Under the pieces are notes generated by a model. That model was not told the origin of the DNA. It made no database searches and saw only the letters and a list, made by a program, of their open reading frames with translations. Of a stretch of DNA of 64,000 bases, positions 30,938-42,722 are shown one piece after another. The stretch's first letter is position 1. Each line of letters begins with the position of its first letter. A program made the position numbers and the translations under genes. Source of the DNA: Escherichia coli (GTDB lineage: Bacteria; Pseudomonadota; Gammaproteobacteria; Enterobacterales; Enterobacteriaceae); assembly GCF_030384885.1 (NCBI RefSeq), contig NZ_CP128613.1. One strand, 5' to 3'.

Positions 30938-32623
30938 GTGAATATAAACGTCGCCGAATTGTTAAATGGGAATTACATTCTGTTATTATTTGTGGTCCTC
31001 GCGCTTGGGCTATGTCTCGGAAAATTACGGCTTGGTTCGATCCAACTGGGTAATTCCATTGGCGTTTTAGTCGTATCGCTGTTATTAGGCCAACAACATT
31101 TCAGCATTAACACCGACGCGCTTAATCTTGGCTTTATGCTGTTTATTTTCTGCGTCGGGGTCGAAGCTGGACCGAACTTTTTTTCCATTTTTTTTCGCGA
31201 TGGGAAAAATTACCTAATGTTAGCACTGGTGATGGTTGGCAGTGCGCTGGTGATCGCCTTAGGGTTAGGTAAGCTGTTTGGCTGGGATATTGGCCTGACG
31301 GCCGGTATGTTAGCAGGCTCTATGACCTCGACACCGGTTCTGGTCGGTGCTGGCGATACACTGCGTCATTCCGGCATGGAAAGCAGGCAGCTCTCACTGG
31401 CACTGGATAATCTGAGCCTCGGGTATGCCTTAACCTATTTAATTGGTCTGGTGAGTTTGATTGTTGGTGCGCGTTACTTGCCGAAATTGCAGCATCAGGA
31501 CTTACAGACCAGCGCCCAGCAAATCGCCCGCGAACGTGGCCTGGACACAGATGCCAACCGTAAGGTTTATTTGCCGGTGATCCGCGCCTACCGCGTCGGC
31601 CCGGAGCTGGTAGCCTGGACCGACGGCAAAAATCTGCGTGAACTGGGTATTTATCGACAAACTGGCTGTTACATTGAACGTATTCGGCGTAACGGGATTC
31701 TGGCAAATCCAGACGGTGATGCCGTGCTGCAAATGGGCGATGAAATAGCGTTGGTAGGCTATCCCGACGCCCACGCCCGACTCGATCCCAGTTTCCGTAA
31801 TGGCAAAGAAGTTTTTGATCGCGACCTCCTCGACATGCGTATCGTCACTGAAGAAGTGGTCGTTAAAAACCATAACGCTGTTGGCAAACGTCTCGCACAA
31901 CTGAAGTTGACCGATCACGGTTGCTTCCTTAACCGCGTCATTCGTAGCCAGATTGAGATGCCGATTGATGACAACGTCGTGCTTAACAAAGGTGACGTTT
32001 TACAAGTCAGCGGCGATGCCCGTCGCGTAAAAACCATCGCCGATCGCATCGGCTTTATCTCGATTCACAGCCAGGTCACTGACTTGCTGGCATTCTGCGC
32101 CTTCTTTGTTATTGGGCTGATGATCGGGATGATCACCTTCCAGTTCAGCACATTCAGCTTCGGCATGGGGAACGCTGCCGGTTTGCTATTCGCCGGAATT
32201 ATGCTGGGCTTTATGCGTGCTAACCATCCGACATTCGGTTACATTCCGCAGGGTGCGTTAAGTATGGTGAAAGAGTTCGGCTTGATGGTATTTATGGCAG
32301 GTGTTGGACTAAGCGCTGGTAGCGGTATTAATAACGGCTTGGGCGCAATTGGCGGTCAGATGTTGATTGCCGGATTGATTGTCAGTCTGGTGCCAGTGGT
32401 TATCTGCTTCCTGTTCGGTGCTTATGTATTGCGAATGAACCGCGCACTGTTGTTCGGCGCAATGATGGGCGCACGCACCTGCGCGCCGGCAATGGAGATC
32501 ATCAGTGATACAGCTCGCAGTAATATCCCGGCGCTGGGCTATGCGGGCACTTACGCAATCGCCAACGTCCTGCTGACGCTGGCAGGGACAATCATCGTCA
32601 TGGTATGGCCAGGATTAGGATAA
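30938..32623 (+). CDS. ybjL: Putative AAE-family transporter YbjL (561 aa)
   Basis: Translation [46 protein letters not shown]; two membrane domains around a central TrkA-C-like region. Confidence 0.9.
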
Positions 32624-32666
32624 AACTGAAGTTGCCCTGAAAATGAAATTTTTTTGCACAACCGCA

Positions 32667-32695
32667 GAACTTTTCCGCAGGGCATCAGTCTTAAT
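32667..32695 (+). promoter_or_regulatory. Candidate sigma-E promoter of rybB
   Basis: GAACTT as -35 at 32667-32672 and TCTTAA-like -10 at 32688-32693, correctly spaced before the RNA 5' end at 32700. Confidence 0.55.
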
Positions 32696-32699
32696 TAGT

Positions 32700-32778
32700 G
32701 CCACTGCTTTTCTTTGATGTCCCCATTTTGTGGAGCCCATCAACCCCGCCATTTTGGTTCAAGGTTGGTGGGTTTTTT
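32700..32778 (+). ncRNA. rybB: RybB small regulatory RNA (Hfq-dependent, sigma-E regulon, represses OMP mRNAs)
   Basis: GCCACTGCTTTTCTTTGATGTCCCCATTTTGTGGAGCCCATCAACCCCGCC... matches the RybB sequence as recalled, ends in a terminator hairpin plus T run, and lies in the expected ybjL-rcdA gap. Confidence 0.85.
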
Positions 32779-32797
32779 GTTATCTAAAATTTATCTA

Positions 32798-33334
32798 CTA
32801 CCCGGCAACCCTCTCAACCATCCTCAAAATCTCCTCGCGCGATAGCGGCTTACGGTCGGTGACAAAATGCAGCGTCATCCCCTCAATAAACGCATCAAGC
32901 GCGCGGGCGGTTCCGGGTTCAAACCATTGTTCGAGCGTTTGCTGACTGCGCTGCATCCAGTTTTGCATTACCGTTTTTAATAGCGGTTTTCGGCTAGCCA
33001 GCGCGTAGAGCTGGTACATCAGCTCCATGTTATCCGGCGTTGCAACCTGTGAGCTGTAGATCATATCGGTGATAGCCTGGCATGCGCCCGGAGCATCACT
33101 AACATCGCTAAAAAATGCCTGATATTGCCGGGACATGATCTCGGTAAAACTGCTGAACGCCTCCAGCAACAACTCATCAATCCCTGAAAAATAGTAGGTC
33201 ATCGATCCTAATGGTACCCCGGCAAGGGTAGCGATTTTGCGGTGCGTAACGGCATGTATTCCGTAAAGTTTCACCGCCTCCAGTGTGGCCTGGATGATTT
33301 TTTCTCGCCGTTGCGGATCGTTAGCGCGACGCAT
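32798..33334 (-). CDS. rcdA: TetR-family regulator RcdA/YbjK (178 aa)
   Basis: Translation [49 protein letters not shown] with TetR HTH. Confidence 0.9.
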
Positions 33335-33417
33335 GTCATTTCCTCTCTCTGCAATTGTGTACAAATGTACACAACCTTGCTAATGTTGTCTTCCCTCTTC
33401 TTATTTTGACGTGATCT

Positions 33418-34626
33418 ATGACCGTAAATTCTTCACGTAATGCATTGAAACGCCGAACCTGGGCGCTGTTTATGTTCTTCTTTTTGCCGGGCCTGTTAAT
33501 GGCGTCCTGGGCAACTCGTACACCTGCTATCCGCGATATTCTTTCTGTTTCGATCGCTGAAATGGGCGGAGTCCTCTTTGGTCTGTCGATCGGTTCAATG
33601 AGCGGTATTCTCTGCTCGGCGTGGTTAGTGAAACGCTTTGGGACGCGTAATGTCATCCTGGTCACGATGTCCTGCGCATTGATCGGGATGATGATATTAA
33701 GTCTGGCACTCTGGCTGACATCGCCCCTGCTCTTTGCCGTTGGTCTCGGCGTCTTTGGGGCAAGTTTTGGTTCTGCAGAAGTGGCGATAAACGTTGAAGG
33801 TGCCGCCGTTGAGCGAGAAATGAATAAGACGGTTTTGCCGATGATGCACGGTTTTTATAGCCTGGGCACGCTGGCAGGCGCTGGTGTCGGGATGGCACTG
33901 ACGGCCTTTGGCGTTCCGGCAACGGTGCACATTTTATTGGCGGCGCTGGTAGGCATCGCGCCTATTTATATCGCCATTCAGGCAATCCCTGACGGTACGG
34001 GCAAAAATGCTGCCGATGGCACCCAGCATGGTGAAAAAGGCGTACCTTTTTATCGCGATATCCAGTTGCTGCTGATTGGTGTCGTGGTTCTGGCGATGGC
34101 CTTTGCCGAAGGTTCTGCCAACGACTGGTTACCCTTATTAATGGTTGACGGTCACGGTTTTAGCCCTACTTCCGGCTCGCTGATTTATGCCGGTTTTACC
34201 CTGGGGATGACTGTTGGACGCTTTACCGGCGGTTGGTTCATCGACCGTTATAGTCGCGTTGCCGTGGTTCGGGCCAGTGCACTGATGGGAGCGTTGGGTA
34301 TTGGGCTGATTATTTTTGTCGATAGCGCCTGGGTCGCTGGGGTGTCTGTTGTACTTTGGGGACTGGGTGCCTCGCTGGGCTTCCCGCTGACCATTTCTGC
34401 CGCCAGCGATACCGGCCCCGATGCACCGACCCGCGTCAGCGTGGTAGCAACGACCGGTTATCTGGCTTTCCTCGTCGGGCCGCCGCTGCTGGGCTATCTC
34501 GGCGAACATTATGGATTACGTAGTGCAATGCTGGTTGTACTGGCGCTGGTTATTCTTGCGGCTATTGTCGCGAAAGCCGTCGCCAAACCCAATACCAAAA
34601 CGCAGACGGCGATGGAGAATAGTTGA
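33418..34626 (+). CDS. ybjJ: MFS transporter YbjJ (402 aa)
   Basis: Translation [42 protein letters not shown]; divergent from rcdA. Confidence 0.9.
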   Translation: MTVNSSRNALKRRTWALFMFFFLPGLLMASWATRTPAIRDILSVSIAEMGGVLFGLSIGSMSGILCSAWLVKRFGTRNVILVTMSCALIGMMILSLALWLTSPLLFAVGLGVFGASFGSAEVAINVEGAAVEREMNKTVLPMMHGFYSLGTLAGAGVGMALTAFGVPATVHILLAALVGIAPIYIAIQAIPDGTGKNAADGTQHGEKGVPFYRDIQLLLIGVVVLAMAFAEGSANDWLPLLMVDGHGFSPTSGSLIYAGFTLGMTVGRFTGGWFIDRYSRVAVVRASALMGALGIGLIIFVDSAWVAGVSVVLWGLGASLGFPLTISAASDTGPDAPTRVSVVATTGYLAFLVGPPLLGYLGEHYGLRSAMLVVLALVILAAIVAKAVAKPNTKTQTAMENS

Positions 34627-35441
34627 TGAGCATTAAATTAATTGCGGTAGACATGGATGGTACTTTCTTAAGCGATCAAAAAACCTATAACCGTGAGCGG
34701 TTTATGGCTCAGTATCAGCAGATGAAAGCACAAGGCATTCGCTTTGTGGTCGCCAGCGGGAATCAATATTATCAGTTGATCTCTTTCTTCCCTGAAATTG
34801 CTAATGAAATTGCCTTTGTGGCTGAAAACGGCGGTTGGGTTGTAAGCGAAGGCAAAGATGTTTTTAATGGCGAGCTGTCGAAGGATGCGTTTGCTACTGT
34901 GGTGGAACATTTACTGACGCGCCCAGAAGTGGAAATTATTGCCTGCGGAAAAAATAGCGCCTATACCCTCAAAAAATATGACGATGCCATGAAAACGGTG
35001 GCGGAAATGTATTATCACCGTCTGGAATACGTCGATAACTTTGATAATTTAGAAGATATCTTCTTTAAGTTTGGCCTGAATCTTTCCGATGAACTGATTC
35101 CACAAGTGCAAAAAGCATTACATGAGACCATCGGCGATATTATGGTGCCGGTCCACACCGGCAACGGCAGCATCGATCTGATTATCCCCGGCGTACATAA
35201 AGCGAATGGCCTGCGCCAACTTCAGAAATTATGGGGAATAGACGACAGCGAAGTGGTGGTCTTCGGCGATGGTGGTAACGATATTGAGATGCTGCGTCAG
35301 GCAGGCTTTAGTTTTGCGATGGAAAATGCCGGCAGCGCGGTCGTCGCAGCGGCAAAATACCGGGCAGGCTCCAATAATCATGAAGGTGTACTGGATGTGA
35401 TCGATAAAGTTCTTAAACACGAAGCGCCTTTTGATCAATAA
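34626..35441 (+). CDS. ybjI: HAD-superfamily phosphatase YbjI (FMN / 5-amino-6-(5-phospho-D-ribitylamino)uracil phosphatase), 271 aa
   Basis: Translation [26 protein letters not shown] with HAD motif I DMDGT; ATGA overlap with the ybjJ stop. Confidence 0.9.
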   Translation: MSIKLIAVDMDGTFLSDQKTYNRERFMAQYQQMKAQGIRFVVASGNQYYQLISFFPEIANEIAFVAENGGWVVSEGKDVFNGELSKDAFATVVEHLLTRPEVEIIACGKNSAYTLKKYDDAMKTVAEMYYHRLEYVDNFDNLEDIFFKFGLNLSDELIPQVQKALHETIGDIMVPVHTGNGSIDLIIPGVHKANGLRQLQKLWGIDDSEVVVFGDGGNDIEMLRQAGFSFAMENAGSAVVAAAKYRAGSNNHEGVLDVIDKVLKHEAPFDQ

Positions 35442-35526
35442 AAACGGTAGCACGCCCGGCAACACAAAGCCTGAATGAAGGCTGCATAATTCGCAGAAAT
35501 TAACCCGCTGCATTATTTCAGGCAAA

Positions 35527-35811
35527 ATGATTATGAAAAATTGTCTACTGTTGGGCGCGCTTTTAATGGGCTTTACTGGTGTGGCGATGGCGCAAAGTGT
35601 CACCGTCGATGTGCCGAGTGGATACAAAGTGGTTGTGGTCCCTGATTCAGTCAGCGTTCCACAAGCAGTCAGCGTCGCGACTGTGCCGCAAACCGTCTAT
35701 GTGGCTCCTGCGCCAGCTCCGGCTTACCGCCCGCATCCGTATGTTCGCCATCTTGCCAGCGTAGGTGAAGGGATGGTTATCGAACACCAGATTGATGACC
35801 ATCACCATTAA
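35527..35811 (+). CDS. ybjH: Secreted small protein YbjH (94 aa)
   Basis: Translation MIMKNCLLLGALLMGFTGVAMAQSVTVDVPSGYKVVVV with signal peptide. Confidence 0.8.
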   Translation: MIMKNCLLLGALLMGFTGVAMAQSVTVDVPSGYKVVVVPDSVSVPQAVSVATVPQTVYVAPAPAPAYRPHPYVRHLASVGEGMVIEHQIDDHHH

Positions 35812-35817
35812 TTTGAA

Positions 35818-35853
35818 AATGCCTGATTGCTTTACGCAACCAGGCATTTTTTT
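35818..35853. terminator. Bidirectional terminator between ybjH and mdfA
   Basis: 13-bp stem AATGCCTGATTGC / GCAACCAGGCATT (one mismatch) flanked by an A run upstream and a T run downstream. Confidence 0.7.
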
Positions 35854-37084
35854 ACCCTTCGTGCGAATTACCCATCTGTTTATCTTTTAAAAAGATAACC
35901 ATCAGCAGCAGCCACAAAATCCCGTTGGCAAGGTTGAAGAGATTAAACAGGCCGTTGCCCCCATTCAGCCAGGCATGTTTGCTGATTTCAATACCGACGG
36001 TAAAAATAAGCATTTGCAACATTCCCATCGCCGCAGAAACCGTACCTTTACTCATATCGCTGGCAAACAGGGTCAATCGCACCAATCCCGCATTCGCCAG
36101 GCCAATACCGAAAGCATAAATACTTAACCCGGCGGTCATCCACAAATACGCGTGCGATGAGATAACCGTTGCCGCAGCAGCGACCAACAGGCCAATCATA
36201 ATCGGCCAGCCGCCCATAATAATCAACGAACGTACGGTGCGGCGCGAGGTCAGACGCGCTAGCAGCAAGTTACCCGCAATTAATGCCCCGAAAATAGGCA
36301 CTTGCAGCAAGCCATATTCATAGCTACTCAACTGCTCGCCGGTAATGATGATAATCGGCGACTGGGCGATCCACGCCAGCAACGGCAGGCTAACAAAACC
36401 CAGCGCCAGTGCCCCTGCCACAAAGCGACCGTTCTTCAGCACCAGCTTATAGTCACGACCGAGTTCTTTCAGCGACAGTTTCTCGCCTATACGCGTGGCG
36501 GTTTCAGGCATGGCTCGTTGCAGACCGAAAAAGGAGATCGCTGCCAATGAGGCAAACAAGACGAACATCCCTTCCCAGGGCAGCACATGGATCCACGCCG
36601 CGCCCACCAGCGGACCAAGTAGCGGAGCAATCAGCGCCACGTTCGCCATCAGCGCGGTGATCTTGATACAAACCGCCTCTTCGAAGGACTCCTGAATTGC
36701 GGCGTAACCCACAGCGCCAATGAAACAGAGGCTTATGCCCTGCAAGAAGCGCAACAGCGTGAATTGTTCAATGTTTTGCGCCAGTAATATCGCCAGACAA
36801 GTGATGATAAACCACACTACTCCCGCCAGCATCACCGGACGGCGACCAATACGATCCGACAGTGGTCCCAGCAGCCACTGTAAAAACATCCCGCCCGCCA
36901 GATACGCGGTCATCGAAGTAGGAACCCAATCAATGCCCGCCTGATATTGTTCCACCACGGCCAACATACCGGGTTGAATCATATCGTTGCCGATATAGGT
37001 TGAAAATTCGTAAAGCACCAGACAGAGAGGGAAAAGTAACGCCTGACGTCCAAGCCTGGCACCGGAAGCTAATCTATTTTGCAT
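35852..37084 (-). CDS. mdfA: Multidrug efflux MFS transporter MdfA/Cmr (410 aa)
   Basis: Translation [41 protein letters not shown] from internal ATG. Confidence 0.95.
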   Translation of the reverse strand: MQNRLASGARLGRQALLFPLCLVLYEFSTYIGNDMIQPGMLAVVEQYQAGIDWVPTSMTAYLAGGMFLQWLLGPLSDRIGRRPVMLAGVVWFIITCLAILLAQNIEQFTLLRFLQGISLCFIGAVGYAAIQESFEEAVCIKITALMANVALIAPLLGPLVGAAWIHVLPWEGMFVLFASLAAISFFGLQRAMPETATRIGEKLSLKELGRDYKLVLKNGRFVAGALALGFVSLPLLAWIAQSPIIIITGEQLSSYEYGLLQVPIFGALIAGNLLLARLTSRRTVRSLIIMGGWPIMIGLLVAAAATVISSHAYLWMTAGLSIYAFGIGLANAGLVRLTLFASDMSKGTVSAAMGMLQMLIFTVGIEISKHAWLNGGNGLFNLFNLANGILWLLLMVIFLKDKQMGNSHEG

Positions 37085-37369
37085 GCAATTTCTTCGCCAA
37101 TAATAATCGCGCAAAGTTTAATAAAAGCGCAGCTAACGAGAAAGCGAATTTTGTAGCTGAAACTTCGGTTAAGCACATTCTTACATTATTGCGAGTATAG
37201 CTACGCTTTCTTTAAGTTTTATTTAACCTATGCTCGTTACAATCAGCCACCGTAAACAGGGCCGCTTGAGGGAAATAAGACGATGCCGCTTTACCCAGTT
37301 TAACCTGCACTTTATTCTCAACGACTTGCCTGTATTGGCTCCCTTTTAATCACTTTGCGTCGGGAAGTT

Positions 37370-37966
37370 ATGCTGGAAAATTTGAATCTCTCTCTATTCT
37401 CTCTTATTAACGCGACGCCAGACTCGGCTCCGTGGATGATCTCGTTGGCGATTTTTATTGCTAAAGATTTGATTACCGTGGTGCCGCTGCTGGCCGCAGT
37501 ACTTTGGTTGTGGGGGCTTACAGCACAACGGCAACTGGTGATAAAAATCGCTATCGCGCTGGCGGTCAGCCTGTTTGTGTCCTGGACGATGGGGCATCTT
37601 TTTCCGCACGACCGACCCTTTGTCGAGAATATCGGCTATAACTTCCTGCATCATGCGGCGGATGACTCATTCCCGAGCGATCATGGTACGGTAATTTTCA
37701 CCTTTGCACTGGCATTTTTATGCTGGCATCGCCTGTGGTCCGGTTCCCTTTTAATGGTACTGGCTGTTGTCATTGCCTGGTCGCGCGTTTATCTTGGCGT
37801 GCACTGGCCGCTGGATATGCTCGGTGGATTGCTGGCAGGTATGATTGGCTGCCTTAGCGCTCAGATTATCTGGCAAGCGATGGGGCATAAACTCTATCAA
37901 CGTCTGCAATCGTGGTATCGTTTCTGTTTTGCATTACCGATCCGCAAAGGCTGGGTGCGTGACTGA
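37370..37966 (+). CDS. ybjG: Undecaprenyl-pyrophosphate phosphatase YbjG (PAP2 family, 198 aa)
   Basis: Translation MLENLNLSLFSLINATPDSAPWMISLAIF; PAP2 motifs PSDH and SRVYLGVHWPLD. Confidence 0.9.
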   Translation: MLENLNLSLFSLINATPDSAPWMISLAIFIAKDLITVVPLLAAVLWLWGLTAQRQLVIKIAIALAVSLFVSWTMGHLFPHDRPFVENIGYNFLHHAADDSFPSDHGTVIFTFALAFLCWHRLWSGSLLMVLAVVIAWSRVYLGVHWPLDMLGGLLAGMIGCLSAQIIWQAMGHKLYQRLQSWYRFCFALPIRKGWVRD

Positions 37967-38023
37967 TCTCTGCTAAAAAGTGTAGTATTGAGCGGCTCGC
38001 TTCAATAACTATTCAGAGGGATT

Positions 38024-38782
38024 ATGGAAACACGTCGCGAAGAGCGTATCGGGCAGCTGCTGCAAGAATTAAAACGCAGCGATAAGTTACATCTTAAAGA
38101 CGCCGCCGCCCTGCTTGGGGTTTCGGAGATGACGATTCGTCGCGATCTGAACAACCACAGTGCGCCCGTCGTTTTGCTCGGCGGCTATATTGTTCTGGAA
38201 CCGCGCAGCGCCAGCCATTACCTGTTAAGCGATCAAAAATCCCGCCTGGTGGAAGAAAAACGCCGGGCGGCAAAACTGGCTGCGACGCTGGTAGAACCCG
38301 ATCAGACCCTCTTTTTTGACTGTGGCACCACCACACCGTGGATTATTGAAGCGATTGATAATGAAATCCCTTTCACCGCCGTTTGTTATTCGCTAAATAC
38401 CTTTCTGGCACTGAAAGAGAAACCTCATTGCCGCGCGTTTCTTTGCGGTGGTGAATTTCACGCCAGCAACGCCATTTTCAAACCCATCGATTTTCAGCAA
38501 ACGCTGAATAATTTTTGCCCGGATATCGCTTTTTATTCCGCGGCGGGGGTGCATGTCAGTAAGGGCGCTACCTGTTTTAATCTTGAAGAGTTGCCGGTAA
38601 AACACTGGGCCATGTCGATGGCGCAAAAGCATGTGCTGGTTGTCGACCACAGTAAATTTGGCAAGGTGCGTCCGGCACGCATGGGTGACCTGAAACGCTT
38701 TGATATTGTAGTGAGCGATTGTTGCCCGGAAGATGAGTATGTGAAGTACGCGCAGACGCAGCGTATTAAGTTGATGTATTAA
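38024..38782 (+). CDS. deoR: Deoxyribose operon repressor DeoR (252 aa)
   Basis: Translation METRREERIGQLLQELKRSDKLHLKDAAALLGVSEMTIRRDL with HTH. Confidence 0.95.
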   Translation: METRREERIGQLLQELKRSDKLHLKDAAALLGVSEMTIRRDLNNHSAPVVLLGGYIVLEPRSASHYLLSDQKSRLVEEKRRAAKLAATLVEPDQTLFFDCGTTTPWIIEAIDNEIPFTAVCYSLNTFLALKEKPHCRAFLCGGEFHASNAIFKPIDFQQTLNNFCPDIAFYSAAGVHVSKGATCFNLEELPVKHWAMSMAQKHVLVVDHSKFGKVRPARMGDLKRFDIVVSDCCPEDEYVKYAQTQRIKLMY

Positions 38783-38790
38783 CAACGAAT

Positions 38791-38819
38791 AACCGGATGA
38801 CGTTTCGCGCCATCCGGTT
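38791..38819. terminator. Hairpin shared by the convergent deoR and dacC; weak U tracts
   Basis: Stem AACCGGATG / CATCCGGTT with an 11-nt loop. Confidence 0.4.
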
Positions 38820-38828
38820 ATCAGAAGA

Positions 38829-40031
38829 TTAAGAGAACCAGCTGCCGAACCACTGATGGAATTTCATCATCACGAAATCCCACATCCGACCAAAGAATCC
38901 GCCCTCTTCCACATTTTCCATCACGATCAGCGGACGCTGCTCAATGGATTTACCGTTAAGCTGGAAATCAATGGTGCCGACAACCTGACCTTTTTTCAGC
39001 GGTGCGGTAAGCTGCGGTTCCGTTAACGTATAACTCGCTTTCAGGTTTTTCAGCTGCCCACGCGGTATGGTCACGGATCCCGCTTCGCCTGCCCCGAGAT
39101 TCACTTCGCTCTTATCACCAAACCAGACGTGCTGAGTCACAAAGGTGGCATCAGGTTTAATTGGCGTCACGGTTTCAAAGAAGCGGAAACCCCAGGTCAA
39201 TAATTTCTCAGACTCATTAAAACGGATACGGTCAGTTTTCGCACCCAGTACTACGGAGATCAAACGCATATCGCCCTGGGTAGCCGAAGCAACCAGATTA
39301 TATCCCGCGCCTGCCGTGGTTCCTGTCTTCATGCCATCAACATTCAGATTGCTGCTCCATAGCAGACGGTTACGGTTAGGCTGACGAATTTTGTTGAAGG
39401 TGAACTCTTTCTCTTTATGAATGGCGTACTCTTCTGGCACATCGTGGATCAATGCTTTACCCAGCAATGCCATATCGCGCGCGGTACTGAACTGCCCCGG
39501 CGCATCCAGACCGTGCACCGTCTGGAAGGTCGTGTTGGTCAGCCCCAGTTTTTTGGCATAACCATTCATCAAACCAATAAATGACTCCTGGCTCCCGGCA
39601 ACGTAATCAGCCAGCGCAATACAGGCGTCATTACCGGACTGGATAATCACGCCTTTGTTCAAGTCTGCCACCGAAACCTGATCGCCTGGTTTGAGGAACA
39701 TTACCGACGAACCACGCAGTGCCGGGTTTCCCGTCGCCCAGGCATCTTTACCGACCGTCACCATATCGGTGAGTTTAATCTTATCGGCCTTAAGCGCCTG
39801 CCCAACCACATAGCTGGTCATGATTTTAGTCAGGCTCGCGGGGTCCAGTTTCTCATCCGCATTGCCTTCTGCCAGCACTTTACCGCTGGCGTAATCCATT
39901 AAAATCCATGCACGCGCATCCACGCTTGGCGCTTCAACGGTTTGTTCCGCCGCGAATGCCGTTGGGGCAAAAAGGAATAAAAATGCAGAACCCGCTGCAA
40001 GACCACGAAGGAGAGAGGAGTATTGCGTCAT
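38829..40031 (-). CDS. dacC: D-alanyl-D-alanine carboxypeptidase PBP6 (400 aa)
   Basis: Translation [30 protein letters not shown]...; SxxK motif ASLTK, SGN and KTG motifs. Confidence 0.95.
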   Translation of the reverse strand: MTQYSSLLRGLAAGSAFLFLFAPTAFAAEQTVEAPSVDARAWILMDYASGKVLAEGNADEKLDPASLTKIMTSYVVGQALKADKIKLTDMVTVGKDAWATGNPALRGSSVMFLKPGDQVSVADLNKGVIIQSGNDACIALADYVAGSQESFIGLMNGYAKKLGLTNTTFQTVHGLDAPGQFSTARDMALLGKALIHDVPEEYAIHKEKEFTFNKIRQPNRNRLLWSSNLNVDGMKTGTTAGAGYNLVASATQGDMRLISVVLGAKTDRIRFNESEKLLTWGFRFFETVTPIKPDATFVTQHVWFGDKSEVNLGAGEAGSVTIPRGQLKNLKASYTLTEPQLTAPLKKGQVVGTIDFQLNGKSIEQRPLIVMENVEEGGFFGRMWDFVMMKFHQWFGSWFS

Positions 40032-40277
40032 AAATGCCACCCGAGTATCCATTCAAAAAAAATACGTTATATCGCCGTATGATAAGTTCGGTGATTAATA
40101 ACGCACACACAAACTTAAAGAAACCGTAAGTTGGTAAAGTTTTTAAAGTTTATGCAATATCCTGCCGCTTCGCTGCTTCTGCCGTCATTTTTTTGTCAGC
40201 TGTTGCTTAAAAGTTAACTTTACTTCACCATCAAAGTCCTGTTCAGCCTGTGGCTGCCTGTCGGAAAAGGGGTAAGT

Positions 40278-40904
40278 ATGATTACGCTGTGGGGTCGGAA
40301 TAATTCAACCAACGTAAAAAAAGTATTGCTGACGCTCGAAGAACTGGAACTACCTTATGAGCAAATTCTCGCGGGCCGTGAGTTTGGGGTAAACCACGAT
40401 GCTGATTTTCTGGCGATGAACCCTAACGGGCTGGTGCCGTTGTTGCGTGACGACGAAAGTGATCTCATTCTTTGGGAATCAAACGCCATTGTCCGCTATC
40501 TGGCGGCACAGTATGGGCAAAACCGCCTGTGGATCGACTCACCGGCACGCCGTGCAGAAGCGGAAAAATGGATGGACTGGGCAAACCAGACGCTCAGCAA
40601 TGCCCATCGCGGGATCCTGATGGGATTGGTCAGAACCCCCCCCGAAGAGCGCGATCAGGCCGCCATTGATGCCAGTCGCAAAGAGTGCGACGCCCTGTTT
40701 GCCCTGCTCGATGCTGAGCTGGCAAAAGTAAAATGGTTCTCTGGCGACGAGTTTGGTGTGGGCGATATCGCTATCGCACCGTTCATCTACAATTTGTTTA
40801 ATGTTGGCCTGACCTGGACACCGCGTCCAAATCTGCAACGCTGGTATCAGCAACTCACCGAACGCCCCGCAGTGCGCAAAGTGGTGATGATCCCCGTTAG
40901 CTAA
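40278..40904 (+). CDS. gstB: Glutathione S-transferase GstB/YliJ (208 aa)
   Basis: Translation [56 protein letters not shown]. Confidence 0.9.
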   Translation: MITLWGRNNSTNVKKVLLTLEELELPYEQILAGREFGVNHDADFLAMNPNGLVPLLRDDESDLILWESNAIVRYLAAQYGQNRLWIDSPARRAEAEKWMDWANQTLSNAHRGILMGLVRTPPEERDQAAIDASRKECDALFALLDAELAKVKWFSGDEFGVGDIAIAPFIYNLFNVGLTWTPRPNLQRWYQQLTERPAVRKVVMIPVS

Positions 40905-42016
40905 TTGCGTGGGCTAACTTTAAGTAATTCCCCACTGGACTCGTCGGTGAGAACGTATAAATAACCGTCGGGTCCAGTACGAACATCACGAATTCGCTGC
41001 CCTCTGTCCGTTAAAATACGGCCATCTTCTGTCACTTTGTCGCCGTTGACGCTCATCACAATGACATCTTTATCTTTCAGCGCGCCAATAAATAATTTTT
41101 GCTGCCACTGGGGGAATTTATCGCTGTTATAGAAGGCCATGCCGCTCACGGCGGGCGAATCTTTCCAGTAAAAAACAGGTTGCTCGGTCCCGGCGACGAT
41201 CTCCCCTTTCGCTTCCGGTATTTTAAAGCCTGAATAATTGATTCCCCAGGTTGCCAGCGGCCAGCCGTAGTTTTTGCCTTTTTGCGGGATATTAATTTCA
41301 TCACCACCGCGGGGGCCATGTTCATTTAGCCACAGTGCATTACTCCACGGATTCATCGCCATTCCTTGCGGGTTACGAATACCATAAGACCAGATCTCGG
41401 CGCGTGCATCGGATCTCCTGGCAAAAGGATTATCATCCGGGATCTCGCCCTGGTCAGTAAGACGCACCAGTTTGCCCTGTAATTTATCCAGATCCTGCGC
41501 CGTCGGGCGCTGATTGTTTTCGCCCAGAGCAATAAAAAGATAACCTTTACCGTCGAATACCAGCCGCCCACCAAAATGGTTGCCGGTAGACAGTTTTGGC
41601 ATCTGGCGAAAAATAGTGCGGAAGTCGGTCACTTTTGAGAGATCATCACTTAAACGACCATACCCCACGGCAGTTCCGGCTTTGCCATCATCGCCAACTT
41701 CGGAATAGCTTAACCAGATGCGGCGCGACTGGGCAAAATCAGGTGCTAAAGCCACATCCATTAAGCCGCCCTGCCCGTGCGCCCAAACTTCCGGCACTCC
41801 GGAAAGCGGCGCAGATAATCCTTTTCCTGCTTGCCAGCGACGCAACTCACCGCCGCGCAGAGTGATTAACATACCGTGATTATCGGGTAAAAAGGCCAGC
41901 GCCCAGGGGTGATCAAGTTTGTCTTGCAGTACTTCGACATTTACCGTTGCAGGAGCTGCCCAGAGAGCAGAAGAAAGACAGATAAGGGGCACAAGGAAAA
42001 AGGATTGTCTCTGCAT
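40901..42016 (-). CDS. yliI: Soluble aldose sugar dehydrogenase YliI, PQQ-dependent, periplasmic (371 aa)
   Basis: Translation [45 protein letters not shown] with signal peptide. Confidence 0.9.
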   Translation of the reverse strand: MQRQSFFLVPLICLSSALWAAPATVNVEVLQDKLDHPWALAFLPDNHGMLITLRGGELRRWQAGKGLSAPLSGVPEVWAHGQGGLMDVALAPDFAQSRRIWLSYSEVGDDGKAGTAVGYGRLSDDLSKVTDFRTIFRQMPKLSTGNHFGGRLVFDGKGYLFIALGENNQRPTAQDLDKLQGKLVRLTDQGEIPDDNPFARRSDARAEIWSYGIRNPQGMAMNPWSNALWLNEHGPRGGDEINIPQKGKNYGWPLATWGINYSGFKIPEAKGEIVAGTEQPVFYWKDSPAVSGMAFYNSDKFPQWQQKLFIGALKDKDVIVMSVNGDKVTEDGRILTDRGQRIRDVRTGPDGYLYVLTDESSGELLKVSPRN

Positions 42017-42084
42017 AACGCCTCCAGATTGACTCTGGCTTAAAGCGTAGTCAGTGGAGGAGATAACAAATTCATTTTTACAAA

Positions 42085-42120
42085 AACTTAAACATGAAGG
42101 GGGAGACGCTTTCTCCCCCT
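42085..42120 (-). terminator. Terminator hairpin downstream of bssR
   Basis: Stem GGGGGAGA / CTCCCCC with a 6-nt loop; U-rich tract follows on the minus strand. Confidence 0.55.
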
Positions 42121-42126
42121 TAGTTT

Positions 42127-42510
42127 TCAGGCCTTCTCAAGCATGGCGTGCTTCTGCAGGCTCTGGATACTCAGCGTTAAGCTCATCAGACAATTTTCAA
42201 GCTTATCGGCGTTGACGGTAATAACAGTCGGGCAATCATGGTGCCCACTCATCAAACATACTGCGGCTGTCGCTAATGCTTCTTCAGCATGATGAAGAGC
42301 ACTCCACTCTTCCTGATCCAGATGAAGATTCAACCGCAGCGATTTATCGTGCAGTTCGCGATTCAGTTTAAAAAAGTTATCTCGTAGATGATTGCTTTCG
42401 CTGACGGACATGTATCCTTTTGCCTTCCTCAGTTGCACGTATGCAGCGAGGTCAACGCGTGCGTCGATCAACCGGTTCAGCAGATCGATTCGCTGTCTGT
42501 CAACGAACAT
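42127..42510 (-). CDS. bssR: Biofilm regulator BssR/YliH (127 aa)
   Basis: Translation MFVDRQRIDLLNRLIDARVDLAAYVQLRKAKGYMSVSESNHLRDNFF from internal ATG. Confidence 0.9.
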   Translation of the reverse strand: MFVDRQRIDLLNRLIDARVDLAAYVQLRKAKGYMSVSESNHLRDNFFKLNRELHDKSLRLNLHLDQEEWSALHHAEEALATAAVCLMSGHHDCPTVITVNADKLENCLMSLTLSIQSLQKHAMLEKA

Positions 42511-42722
42511 ACTTCGATCCTCCTCTTTCCAGCCTTGTTGCAATTAAATAGTATGGCTATTTTTTGAGCAAAATGCTGTCCAGGATCAATTCTTCACGCC
42601 GAATTAACAAAATTTACATTTCCTTCGCCTCCGCCAGCGAATGAGATTGCGATACAAATTTTATCCAGAACTCTGTAGAATCCCTGCCCTGACCTTTCCT
42701 GTAACTGAATATTTTTTAAGCT

